Assembly: GCA_031424835.1 (NCBI GenBank)
Contig: JANPIE010000025.1
Span: 10,423-74,422 of the forward strand
Reading direction: 5' to 3'
DNA: 64,000 nucleotides
DNA from: Chitinophagaceae bacterium
GTDB lineage: Bacteria > Bacteroidota > Bacteroidia > Chitinophagales > Chitinophagaceae
The translations under genes were made by a program, and so were the position numbers. Positions within the stretch are counted from its first letter, which is position 1. Each line of letters begins with the position of its first letter. The notes beneath the pieces were generated by a model. The model was not told the DNA's origin. It was given only the letters and a program-made list of their open reading frames with translations, and did no database searches. Shown piece after piece: positions 18,501 through 27,892 of the stretch.

Positions 18501-18727
18501 GTACACTAACCGTTGGTTACAGCCTGCCTAAGAGCATGCTGGATAAGGTAAAAATAGCCAGTGCACGTTTTTATGTTTCAGGAAATAACCTTGTGATCCT
18601 TACCAAATATCCAGGACCAGATCCCGAAGTTTCTTCGAACGGAAACGGTTCTTCAAACTTTGGTGTCGACCGTAATACCGTGGCAAACCAGAGAACCATC
18701 ACTGTAGGTTTAAACGTTGGTTTCTAA
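15596..18727 (+). CDS. SusC/RagA family TonB-dependent outer membrane transporter (pair 1)
   Basis: Carboxypeptidase-like N-domain, [51 protein letters not shown], terminal Phe. Start ATG 15596. Confidence 0.97.
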   Translation: [1043 protein letters not shown]

Positions 18728-18752
18728 TTGTAAACAATTAATCCGAGCAAAA

Positions 18753-20213
18753 ATGAAAAAGAATCTATTATACATCCTACTGGCAGCAACCGTGGTGCAA
18801 CTCGGTTCCTGCGCAAAAGAAAGTTTCCTGAACCCGGTACCCACCAATGCGATATCAGATCTTACAGCATTTGATAGCAAAGACAGGATCGAGGGCCAGG
18901 TACGGGCCATCTATGCCTCTATTAAAAATGCTGGCATGTATGGCGGCCGCTACCAGATATTTAATGATATCCGGGGCGAGGAATTTGCCAACGACAGAAC
19001 CAACGTGGTTACCGGTTTTGATGTGTGGAATTACACACCCAGCAACAGCTCAACCAACAGTGTTCTGAACCATTGGTCACGCGCGTATTATGTGATCAAC
19101 CTTGCGAATGTTTTTCTGGATGGAATGGCTTCTAAAGGAACTTCTGTGGTAGGTGCTACGCTTTCCAATAACTTCCAGGGTGAAGCGCGTTTATTGCGTG
19201 CAATGAGTTATTATTCATTGCTGCAGTTGTATGCACGTCCTTACTGGGATGGTAACGGAAGTAAACCCGGGGTGCCACTTCGCTTAAAAGGTAATACCGG
19301 TTCAGGCGATTATGCGCTTGCCCGTGCTACCGTTGCTGAAGTATACACCCAGATACTTGCTGACCTGACTTTTGCAGAGCAAAACCTACCGCTTACCAAT
19401 GCCTCTGCATTCCTGAATACTACCAGGGCACACAGGAACACAGCCATTGCATTAAAAACAAGGGTATACCTGAGTATGCAGAAATATGCGGAAGTGATCA
19501 CGGAAGCCAATAAGATCGTTTCTGCCACACCTCCCTTCACCGCAGCAACGGGGGTGAACCATTCTCTGCAGGCTGATTATACAAATATTTTTAAAGCGCC
19601 TTATACAACAACGGAATCAATCCTCTCTATGCCATTTGCAAGTAATGAGCAACCCGGCACACAAAACCAGTTGGGTTATTATTACGGACCATCTGCATTC
19701 AACGGCGGTAATGGAGAATATTCTTTATTGCCAACAGGCATTATTTCCAACACCGGCTGGAAAGCAACAGACAGGCGGCGCAGTTTTGTACAGGTGTTCA
19801 GCGGTAAGAGTTACCTGACAAAATACAGTGTACCCGCTACTTTTATTGACTATGCACCCGTGATCCGTTATGCAGAAGTATTGCTGAACCTGGCGGAAGC
19901 CCGTGTTCGCGCAAACAACGCGGTAGATGCGCAGGCTATTTTACTCCTGAATGCGGTTCGTGGCCGTTCAGATGCCAGCACGGTATTTAGCGTGGCAGAT
20001 TTTGCCACTCCTGCTGCACTTGCCGATGCAATCCTGACAGAAAGAAGGATCGAATTCCTGGGTGAAGGATTACGCGGAACAGATCTTACGCGCCTGGGTC
20101 TGCCTCTTCCGGCCAAACCCGGTGTTCCGGGATTGCCCAATACCAGCCAGCAATATATCTGGCCAATATCTTCGGAAGAATTATTGCTGAACCCACTGGC
20201 TAAAGACAACTAA
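18753..20213 (+). CDS. SusD/RagB family lipoprotein (pair 1)
   Basis: Lipobox LGSC; GEARLLRAMSY, IRYAEVLLNLAEA and ERRIEFLGEG motifs. Start ATG 18753. Confidence 0.96.
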   Translation: MKKNLLYILLAATVVQLGSCAKESFLNPVPTNAISDLTAFDSKDRIEGQVRAIYASIKNAGMYGGRYQIFNDIRGEEFANDRTNVVTGFDVWNYTPSNSSTNSVLNHWSRAYYVINLANVFLDGMASKGTSVVGATLSNNFQGEARLLRAMSYYSLLQLYARPYWDGNGSKPGVPLRLKGNTGSGDYALARATVAEVYTQILADLTFAEQNLPLTNASAFLNTTRAHRNTAIALKTRVYLSMQKYAEVITEANKIVSATPPFTAATGVNHSLQADYTNIFKAPYTTTESILSMPFASNEQPGTQNQLGYYYGPSAFNGGNGEYSLLPTGIISNTGWKATDRRRSFVQVFSGKSYLTKYSVPATFIDYAPVIRYAEVLLNLAEARVRANNAVDAQAILLLNAVRGRSDASTVFSVADFATPAALADAILTERRIEFLGEGLRGTDLTRLGLPLPAKPGVPGLPNTSQQYIWPISSEELLLNPLAKDN

Positions 20214-20273
20214 AATTGAATGTGTTTATTTTGTAATACATAGCTTTTATTGTCAGAAAACAGTCATTTTAAG

Positions 20274-20304
20274 AAAAACCAGGTCAGCCAGACCTGGTTT
20301 TTTT
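20274..20304 (+). terminator. Rho-independent terminator after SusD1
   Basis: AAAAACCAGGTC-AGCCA-GACCTGGTTTTTTT. Confidence 0.85.
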
Positions 20305-20467
20305 ATTATATAATCTCCTGAATATCAACGTGAGCGCTTGGGTGAAAGATTATGACGCAAGGAATATTTAAAAAATGCAGCACAAGGCAACAATCTATTG
20401 TCCTTACATGTTCATGTTAGGTTTTCTTTAACTAATTTGCGCCCCCGCAATCACTAAAAATTGAAAA

Positions 20468-23400
20468 ATGAGAAAATTAATGACAATGCTGTTGTGCGTT
20501 GTTCTGGCCGCCTCCCAATTGGCTGCCCAGTCACGTACAATCAGAGGCCGGGTATTGGACGATAAAAATAATCCTGTCGCCAATGCATCGGTTCTCGTAA
20601 AAGGTACCAATACCGGTACTACCACCGGAGCTGACGGAAACTTCTCCATCGGCATTACTTCCGCTGCAAAAGTTTTGGTTATCCGTTCGCTGGGCTTTAC
20701 CCAGCAGGAGATCGCTATTACCTCCAGCAATTCTTATGGTGTGTCTTTAAGATCAACAACAGAAAATCTTGACGAGGTTGTTGTAACAGGTTATTCCCGC
20801 GAGCGGAAAACCCAGTTTGCCGGTGCTGCCAATACCATCAGCCCAAAAGCTGTGGATGCAGTTCCCGTGGGTTCTTTTGACCAGGCTCTTCAGGGTCGTG
20901 CGCCAGGTGTATTGGTGAATTCTTCATCGGGACAACCGGGAAGCAGCGCCTCTATTACCATTCGTGGTGTACAGTCAATCCAGGGTGCTGGTGCGCAGCC
21001 GCTGTTTATCCTTGATGGAGTTCCACTACCTGCATTTGATATGCAAACCATCAACCCAAATGATTTTGAATCTATCACAGTTCTGAAAGATGCAAACGCT
21101 GCCGCATTATATGGTGCGAGAGCTGGAACAGGTGTTATCGTTCTTACCTCTAAGAAGGGCAGAACCGGAGCAACCAGTTTCCAGTATCGTACACAATATG
21201 GTTTTACGCAGCGTCCAAATTTTGATCGCTTGAACCTGATGAATTCTGCCGAGATGCTGGCCTACGAGGAAAGAGAAAAATTAGGCGGTACACCAGGATG
21301 GGTTTGGTCCCCTTTAAACCCTGCCATCCCTGCAGGATATACTGCTGCCATGAAACAGAAATCACTGGACAGCATCCGTAATATCAATATTAACTATGCT
21401 GATGTGTTTTATCGCCAGGGTATTTCACAAACACACGAGCTGAATATGTCAGGTGGATCCGACAAGACAAGGTTTTACCTTTCCGGCGCTTATTTTAACC
21501 AGCAGGGTATTGACCTGGGTTCATCACTGAAAAGGTATACTGTTAGGTTTAACCTTGATCATACAGCGGATAAACTCACCGTTTCATTGAATTCTTCCGT
21601 TGGTTACTCTCAATCGGCATTTGCTGAAGGAGAGGTGTTGGGTAACAGCCCAAGGAACCCTTTCCAGATGACGTTTCGTGCCAAAACCTATGAGAATCCT
21701 TACAATCCTGATGGATCACTCAATTTTGGTGCAACTACGCCCCTGTATAACAAACAGGTGGCTAACCTGCTGGAAGGTATTCAAAACTCAAAAAGAAATA
21801 GCAACCAGATTAAGATCAATGCTGGTTTGAGCCTGTCTTATAAAATCCTCCCTTCACTTACTGCCAAGAATACGGTGGGTATAGATGTGGCCAATGAATA
21901 CCAGAATCGTTTTATCAACCCTGCGTCTTTCATAGGTTCCCTGCAAACCTTCCAGTCTGGTCTTGCACAGGAGGCTCACAGGATGGTTACCCAGATGATC
22001 AATACTTCCAGCCTGATCTTTGCGAAAAGATATGACGTACATGAAGTAGAAGTTGGTGGTTATTTTGAAGTAGTAAGAGGCTACCAGAAAGGTCTGGGCT
22101 TTACTTTGTTCAACCTTGACCCAAGGTTAACTGAAACCGGCCAGGGTGCAGGTGCTTTACCAATTTCGGTTGGTCAGACAACCTATCCTCAGAATGCTGC
22201 CAGTGCGAAGAGTGGTTTCGGTATCCGTTCATTCTTTGCATCTGCAAAGTATACCTACAACAACAAGTATAGCATCAACGGTAATATCCGTCGCGATGGT
22301 ACTTCAAGGATCGTTAACGAAGAGAACAGGGAAGTTACAACCTGGTCTGCAGGTTTGATCTGGAACGCATTGCAGGAAGATTTCCTGAAAGACCAGAGCA
22401 TCTTCACTGATTTAAAACTCCGTGTGAGCTATGGTATCGTTCCTAATATCGGCAGTATCAGCACAAACCAGTATGGTGCCGGCCTGGTTGGGATTACAAA
22501 CTACCAGGGACCACAGGTTCCCACATTTGGTACTACCAACTATGCAGGTTCAACCGTTACAGGTCTGGCCCCCGCAACTCCGGGTAACCCTAACCTGAAA
22601 ATTGAGAAGATCAAAAAACTCAATATCGGTCTTGACTTTGCCGTTTGGAACAACCGTGCAAGGTTCAGCGTAGACGCATATTCTAACAGAACCGTTGACC
22701 TGTTTGTTAACCAGCCGCTTTCCGGAACAACCGGTTTCGGTACCCTGGCCATCAATGCAGGTGTAATGACAAACAAAGGTTTCGAGTTTGTAGCAAATGT
22801 TGATGTTGTAAAACAGAGAAATTTTGGGGTTAGTGTTAACTGGAACCACTCTATTAATACCAACAATATCGAAGATCTTGGTCTGGTTAATGAATACTTC
22901 CTCGGAACTTTCGTGATCAGAAAAGGACTTCCTTATGGCTCACATTATACGTATCATTACCTTGGTGCTGATCCAGCAACAGGAAGGCCCAGGTATGAAA
23001 CGGCCGATGGTAAAGAAACGATTGATGCTGCGCAGGCTGGACAGTTTGCAAAATTTGGAACTTACCTTCCCAAGCACCAGGGCGGTTTCGGTGCTGACCT
23101 GAGATACAGAGCTTTCTCGGTATCAGCTTTGTTCTCTTACCAGTTTGATGTAATAAGAAGCAACAATGCACGTAACTGGATCACAAGGGGTACTCCGGGT
23201 TACCACCAGATCGTTAGGGCTTCAAGAGAGCTGATCGAAGGTCAGTGGCAGAAAGCCGGTGACGTAAAACCGTTCCAGTCATCAGCTTTTGACAGGGGCT
23301 TTACCTCGTCTGACCTTGAAGATGCCAAATTCCTGCGTTTCAGGAACCTGACTATATCCTACGATGTGCCTGAGATCAGGACAAGCGGCGGAACCGTGAT

Positions 23401-23551
23401 CCTGAAAAAAGCAAGATTCTATGTAATGGGTCAGAACTTAGCGATCTGGAGCCCATGGCGTGGTATGGATCCTGAAGACGATAACAACATCAGTCTGAAT
23501 GAGTATCCAAATCCAAAAATGTTTGTTGTAGGTCTGGATATCACTTTCTAA
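20468..23551 (+). CDS. SusC/RagA family TonB-dependent outer membrane transporter (pair 2)
   Basis: LDEVVVTGYS, INPNDFESITVLKDANAAALYGARAGTGVIVLTSKKG, terminal Phe. Confidence 0.97.
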   Translation: MRKLMTMLLCVVLAASQLAAQSRTIRGRVLDDKNNPVANASVLVKGTNTGTTTGADGNFSIGITSAAKVLVIRSLGFTQQEIAITSSNSYGVSLRSTTENLDEVVVTGYSRERKTQFAGAANTISPKAVDAVPVGSFDQALQGRAPGVLVNSSSGQPGSSASITIRGVQSIQGAGAQPLFILDGVPLPAFDMQTINPNDFESITVLKDANAAALYGARAGTGVIVLTSKKGRTGATSFQYRTQYGFTQRPNFDRLNLMNSAEMLAYEEREKLGGTPGWVWSPLNPAIPAGYTAAMKQKSLDSIRNININYADVFYRQGISQTHELNMSGGSDKTRFYLSGAYFNQQGIDLGSSLKRYTVRFNLDHTADKLTVSLNSSVGYSQSAFAEGEVLGNSPRNPFQMTFRAKTYENPYNPDGSLNFGATTPLYNKQVANLLEGIQNSKRNSNQIKINAGLSLSYKILPSLTAKNTVGIDVANEYQNRFINPASFIGSLQTFQSGLAQEAHRMVTQMINTSSLIFAKRYDVHEVEVGGYFEVVRGYQKGLGFTLFNLDPRLTETGQGAGALPISVGQTTYPQNAASAKSGFGIRSFFASAKYTYNNKYSINGNIRRDGTSRIVNEENREVTTWSAGLIWNALQEDFLKDQSIFTDLKLRVSYGIVPNIGSISTNQYGAGLVGITNYQGPQVPTFGTTNYAGSTVTGLAPATPGNPNLKIEKIKKLNIGLDFAVWNNRARFSVDAYSNRTVDLFVNQPLSGTTGFGTLAINAGVMTNKGFEFVANVDVVKQRNFGVSVNWNHSINTNNIEDLGLVNEYFLGTFVIRKGLPYGSHYTYHYLGADPATGRPRYETADGKETIDAAQAGQFAKFGTYLPKHQGGFGADLRYRAFSVSALFSYQFDVIRSNNARNWITRGTPGYHQIVRASRELIEGQWQKAGDVKPFQSSAFDRGFTSSDLEDAKFLRFRNLTISYDVPEIRTSGGTVILKKARFYVMGQNLAIWSPWRGMDPEDDNNISLNEYPNPKMFVVGLDITF

Positions 23552-23593
23552 AAGTGAATAGTGGAGTATAATTAGAAACTAAAAAAAAGAAAC

Positions 23594-25045
23594 ATGAAAA
23601 ATAAAATATTGGTCTTTTGTGTTTTATTGATTTCACTTGCTTCCTGTAAGAAGGTGATTGAAATAAAAGAAACGGATCTGCTTGCTGGTGATATAGCCCT
23701 GAAAACCGTTGCTAATAACGAACAGGGTGTCATCGGTGCTTATGCAGCAATGAACGTGGAAATGGGTATCCTGCTGAACGGGGTTATGTCTGATGAACTC
23801 CGCGTAGCGGATTTCTACAATGCAGCTACTGCCCATGAATGGCAGTACACTTCAACAGATATCGTTCTGCGTGACAATTTCACCGCTTTCCCTTTGTATT
23901 TCAGGATCATTGATCGTGTAAACAGGGTATTGCAGGCATTGCCCACCGCTACTTCTTCTGTTGCTGTGCCAACACCCGCTACTATTGCGGCTGATGAGGC
24001 CTTAAAAGCAAGGGTAAGAGGTGAGGCGTTGTTCTTAAGGGCATTCTGCCATTTTGAACTGTACAGGTTTTACAGTAACAGTCCGGTAGGAACTGACCTT
24101 GCACTGGCATATAAGGAAACCCCTTCTTTGTCACCAGAGGCAAGGATTACGGTTGCTCCTTACATGACCAAGCTGAAAGCTGACCTGGTTGAAGCAAAAG
24201 GGCTGTTGCCAAACAATCTCACCGACATCAAACGTGCCACCAGGCTTGCTGCCAGTGGTCTCCAGGCCAGGGTTGCCCTGTATCTTAAGGAGTATGCTGA
24301 CGCCATTACTTTCAGTACTGAATACATCAATGGTCTTCCTTTGGCCTCACGCGCTAACTTTCCAGGCATCTGGACAGATGCGAACGCTAGTGAACTGGCA
24401 TTCAAGCTGAGCCGTACCGCTTCATTGGGTGGCCGGATCGGTTCTTTGTACAGAACTACTTCCGGAACAACAAGTGCTTCAGGTATTTCTACAATTACCT
24501 GGAGGCCATCTGACAAATTATGGAACAGTTACGACCAAACCAATGATATCCGCTTCTCTTCTTATTTCAAAGATGAGCCCGTACTATCATCCAGGTCCTC
24601 TACAAAGCTGATCGCGAAATATGCAGGTACAGGATATGGCACTGCCGCAGAAAATGTTGCGGATGCAAAAGTTTTCAGAACGGGTGAAATGTACCTTATC
24701 CGTGCTGAAGCAAAGGCAGAAGGCAATGACCTGGTTGGCGCCGCTCTTGATTTGAATACATTGCGTGCGGCCCGTATCAATGGATATGTGAATGCTACAT
24801 TCGGTACCAAAGATGCACTGATCGATGCAATCATGACAGAGCGTTTCAAAGAGTTGCCTTTCGAGGGTCATCGTTTCTGGGATCTGAAAAGGAGAAATCT
24901 GCCAGTTGTCCGTGTCGGTTCTGACGCACCCAGTGCAGTTGGAACTACGTTAGCTGCCGGTAACTTCCGTTTCCTGTTGCCGATACCCAATTCTGAGATA
25001 CAGGCCAATCCCCTGATCCAGCAGAACCCTGGGTATACCAACTAA
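23594..25045 (+). CDS. SusD/RagB family lipoprotein (pair 2)
   Basis: Lipobox LASC; GEALFLRAF, FRTGEMYLIRAEA, ERFKELPFEGHRFWDLKR and NPLIQQNPGY motifs. Confidence 0.96.
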   Translation: MKNKILVFCVLLISLASCKKVIEIKETDLLAGDIALKTVANNEQGVIGAYAAMNVEMGILLNGVMSDELRVADFYNAATAHEWQYTSTDIVLRDNFTAFPLYFRIIDRVNRVLQALPTATSSVAVPTPATIAADEALKARVRGEALFLRAFCHFELYRFYSNSPVGTDLALAYKETPSLSPEARITVAPYMTKLKADLVEAKGLLPNNLTDIKRATRLAASGLQARVALYLKEYADAITFSTEYINGLPLASRANFPGIWTDANASELAFKLSRTASLGGRIGSLYRTTSGTTSASGISTITWRPSDKLWNSYDQTNDIRFSSYFKDEPVLSSRSSTKLIAKYAGTGYGTAAENVADAKVFRTGEMYLIRAEAKAEGNDLVGAALDLNTLRAARINGYVNATFGTKDALIDAIMTERFKELPFEGHRFWDLKRRNLPVVRVGSDAPSAVGTTLAAGNFRFLLPIPNSEIQANPLIQQNPGYTN

Positions 25046-25068
25046 TCGCAAAACCGTTATTTAATGAT

Positions 25069-25104
25069 AAGAGACCATGCAAATTTGTATGGTCTCTTTT
25101 TTTT
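25069..25104 (+). terminator. Rho-independent terminator after SusD2
   Basis: AAGAGACCATGCAAA/TTTGTATGGTCTCTT hairpin followed by a T-run. Confidence 0.8.
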
Positions 25105-25154
25105 GGGACAGGCGAAGGGATTAACGGTTCATTGTAACGGGCAGCGGCATTTTT

Positions 25155-25209
25155 TTGCCACAGATTACACAGACTAGCACATTTTAGAATCAGTGCTAAT
25201 CTTTGGCAA
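25155..25209. repeat. Nonamer-type (CACAGAT) imperfect inverted repeat
   Basis: TTGCCACAGATTACACAGACTAGCAC ... GTGCTAATCTTTGGCAA. Confidence 0.6.
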
Positions 25210-25230
25210 TATTTTACCGGGGGGAATGAA

Positions 25231-26352
25231 TTATTTTAAGACCTCCGCTAATTTAGCGGTAAGTGCAGCACCTCTCAGATCGGTTGCAATAATCTTTCCC
25301 TGCGGATCAACCAGTACATTGAATGGGATACTTTCAAATTTATAGAGCTGTACCATCGGCGTTTCCCAGAATTTAAGATCGCTAACATGTATCCAGCTAA
25401 GGCTATCATCCTTTATTGCCTGCTCCCAATCTGCTTTTTCTTTGTCGAGCGATACACCCAGTATGGTAAAGTTCTTATTCTTAAACTGGTTGTATGCGGC
25501 CACCACATTTGGGTTTTCCTTACGGCAGGGCCCGCACCAGCTCGCCCAGAAATCAACCAATACATATTTTCCTTTCAGGCTGCTTAGCTGGAAATTCTTC
25601 CCGTTTATATCTGGCAGGCTTATCTCCGGTGCCTGCTGGTCCAGCAACGGATATTTAGGAGTAACCGGTTTTTGAACGGTTAGCAGGCTTTTGATTCTGG
25701 CCAGGCCACTGTGCTCTTTGAATTTATCAGCGGAAGCATTGGCCAACTTAAACACTTCTTCCTGCGGCATTGTGCGTGAGGCCATTCCTAACGCATAGTA
25801 ACGCGCGGCGGGACTGTTGGACTGGTTAATAAAATCGGCCACCATTTTGTTCATCTGTGCAAGCTGGTTATCTCTCTGTAACTGCACCATTGTTAATACG
25901 CTGTCACCCGCTTTCTGTTTTTGCAATGTATCCAGTTGCGCAAATATCAGGTACAGGGCCGAATCTTTTTTACGGTAATTTTCGAATAAGGTTTGAAGGC
26001 TGGCACTTGCGGGCGAATTTTCAACTTTATAGGAGCGGTAGCGCTCAACATCGAGGGTTAGTTTGATATCGTCGTCGTCGTTTACCAGCAATACATCCGG
26101 ACCGTTCTCAATTACCAGCCTGTAAAGGCTTTCTTCTTTACCCATACCCTGCAGGCTGAACGTACCATTCGCAGCCAGTGAGCCCGAATCCACAATAATC
26201 GGCTGATCGCCACTGTAGGGAATTTCCTGTAGAAATATTTTTTTGGCAGGTGCATGCGATATTTTACCGCTAACAGTAAATGAGCCATTGCTTTTATCAC
26301 GGCATGATGCGATGGCCACGATGGCGGTTATAATAATTAAGCTTCTTTTCAT
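25231..26352 (-). CDS. TlpA/ResA-like thiol-disulfide oxidoreductase lipoprotein (DUF4369 plus AhpC/TSA)
   Basis: Lipobox IASC; YVLVDFWASWCGPCRKENP; IPFNVLVDPQGKII. Confidence 0.93.
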   Translation of the reverse strand: MKRSLIIITAIVAIASCRDKSNGSFTVSGKISHAPAKKIFLQEIPYSGDQPIIVDSGSLAANGTFSLQGMGKEESLYRLVIENGPDVLLVNDDDDIKLTLDVERYRSYKVENSPASASLQTLFENYRKKDSALYLIFAQLDTLQKQKAGDSVLTMVQLQRDNQLAQMNKMVADFINQSNSPAARYYALGMASRTMPQEEVFKLANASADKFKEHSGLARIKSLLTVQKPVTPKYPLLDQQAPEISLPDINGKNFQLSSLKGKYVLVDFWASWCGPCRKENPNVVAAYNQFKNKNFTILGVSLDKEKADWEQAIKDDSLSWIHVSDLKFWETPMVQLYKFESIPFNVLVDPQGKIIATDLRGAALTAKLAEVLK

Positions 26353-26395
26353 AGTTCTCTGTTTATACCTGGTCTTATTCAGGATGTATGACTGT

Positions 26396-27841
26396 TCAGT
26401 TGTTTAATTTTTCTTCCAGCAATTGTGTTACCAACTTTGGATCGGCTTTGCCTTTGCTGCGTTTTTTTACTTCGCCTACAAAAAGGCCCATCAATCCTTT
26501 CTTGCCTTTTTTGTATTCGGTAACCTTATCCGGCATGGATGCCAGTGCGCTGTTGATCCATGCATCAAGTTCTTGGGTATCGCTTACCTGCAACAGGTTC
26601 AATTCTTCGGCCAATGCCAAAGGCGATACCTCTTTCACCATCAGCACGGGTATGATCCGGGCAGAGGCAACAGAAAAGCTGAGTTTCCCTTCTTCCACAA
26701 GGTTAATCAGCTCGGCAAGTATCTGCGGTTTCAAACTAAGTGTGTCAAATCCGGTGCCGTTCCCGTTAAGGTATTGCCTAACGGGTCCAAGAATCCAGTT
26801 GGCCGCGGCTTTGTAATGGGGGGTGTGCAAAATAACGGTTGAAAAATAATCACTGGTGGCTTTCTCATCTGCCAGTTGCCTCGCGTCATAATCACTCAAT
26901 CCAAACTGCGTTTGGTAGGTGGCAACCAAGGCATTGGGTAAAGCCGGCAGGGCATTTTTAATGGAAGTGATAAAAGTATCTGTCAGGTGAAAAGGAGCAA
27001 GATCCGGATCGGGGAAATACCGGTAATCATTGGCTTCTTCTTTATCACGGATGGCAAAAGTGGTATCATTGGATGCATCAAAGCTGCGTGTCTGTTGCTG
27101 CACGCGCCCCCCGCTTTCTACCAATGCGGTCATACGTTCTATTTCAAACTCAATCGCTTTTTTTACATTGCGTATCGAGTTCAGGTTCTTTACCTCTACT
27201 TTGGTGCCCAGCGTGGTTTCGCCTTTCAATCTTATAGAAACATTCGCATCGCAACGAAGGCTTCCTTCTTCCATGTTTCCATCGCATACACCCAGCCAGC
27301 GCACCAGCCTGCGGATTTCGGTTACGTACTGCCAGGCTTCATCTGCAGAAAAAAGATCCGGCTCGGTAACGATCTCTATCAGCGCGGTACCGGCGCGGTT
27401 CAGATCCACGCAGGTAAAATCTTCATCCAGGTCATGTATGCTTTTGCCGGCATCCTCTTCCAGGTGTATCCTGTTTAACTGTACATCCCGTTCACCATTT
27501 GCCGTTCGGATAGTAACGCGCCCACCTTTACAGATGGGCGTTGTATGTTGCGATATCTGGTATCCTTTGGGAAGATCGGGGTAGAAATAATTTTTGCGCG
27601 CAAAATAATTGTCCTTCACAATTTCGCAGTTACATGCGATCCCCATTTTGATTGCGTATTCAACCGCTTTTTTATTGGTTTTGGGAAGGGTACCCGGATG
27701 GCCCATCGTTATAGGACTAATATGTGTATTGGGCGCCGCGCCAAAAGCAGTGCTGTCTCCGCAAAACAGCTTGCTATTCGTGGCCAGTTGTGCGTGCACT
27801 TCCAGGCCGATTACTGCTTCATATTTATCACTCAGCGTCAT
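26396..27841 (-). CDS. gatB: Asp-tRNA(Asn)/Glu-tRNA(Gln) amidotransferase subunit B
   Basis: VIGLEVHAQL, RKNYFYPDLPKGYQISQ, IHLEEDAGKS, MEEGSLRCDANVS and YRYFPDPDL. Confidence 0.98.
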   Translation of the reverse strand: MTLSDKYEAVIGLEVHAQLATNSKLFCGDSTAFGAAPNTHISPITMGHPGTLPKTNKKAVEYAIKMGIACNCEIVKDNYFARKNYFYPDLPKGYQISQHTTPICKGGRVTIRTANGERDVQLNRIHLEEDAGKSIHDLDEDFTCVDLNRAGTALIEIVTEPDLFSADEAWQYVTEIRRLVRWLGVCDGNMEEGSLRCDANVSIRLKGETTLGTKVEVKNLNSIRNVKKAIEFEIERMTALVESGGRVQQQTRSFDASNDTTFAIRDKEEANDYRYFPDPDLAPFHLTDTFITSIKNALPALPNALVATYQTQFGLSDYDARQLADEKATSDYFSTVILHTPHYKAAANWILGPVRQYLNGNGTGFDTLSLKPQILAELINLVEEGKLSFSVASARIIPVLMVKEVSPLALAEELNLLQVSDTQELDAWINSALASMPDKVTEYKKGKKGLMGLFVGEVKKRSKGKADPKLVTQLLEEKLNN

Positions 27842-27846
27842 CCCCG

Positions 27847-27854
27847 CAAAAATA
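27847..27854 (-). promoter_or_regulatory. Bacteroidota -7 box (TATTTTTG) 5 nt upstream of the gatB ATG
   Basis: Exact TAnnTTTG match. Confidence 0.5.
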
Positions 27855-27892
27855 AACCGTGCCGGCCAGAGATACGCAAATGATTTTCATGC

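Noticed and set aside
26396-27841. gatB without gatA/gatC as a novel single-subunit system
   Set aside because: Dispersal of gatCAB genes is common in Bacteroidota, and absence cannot be judged from 64 kb.
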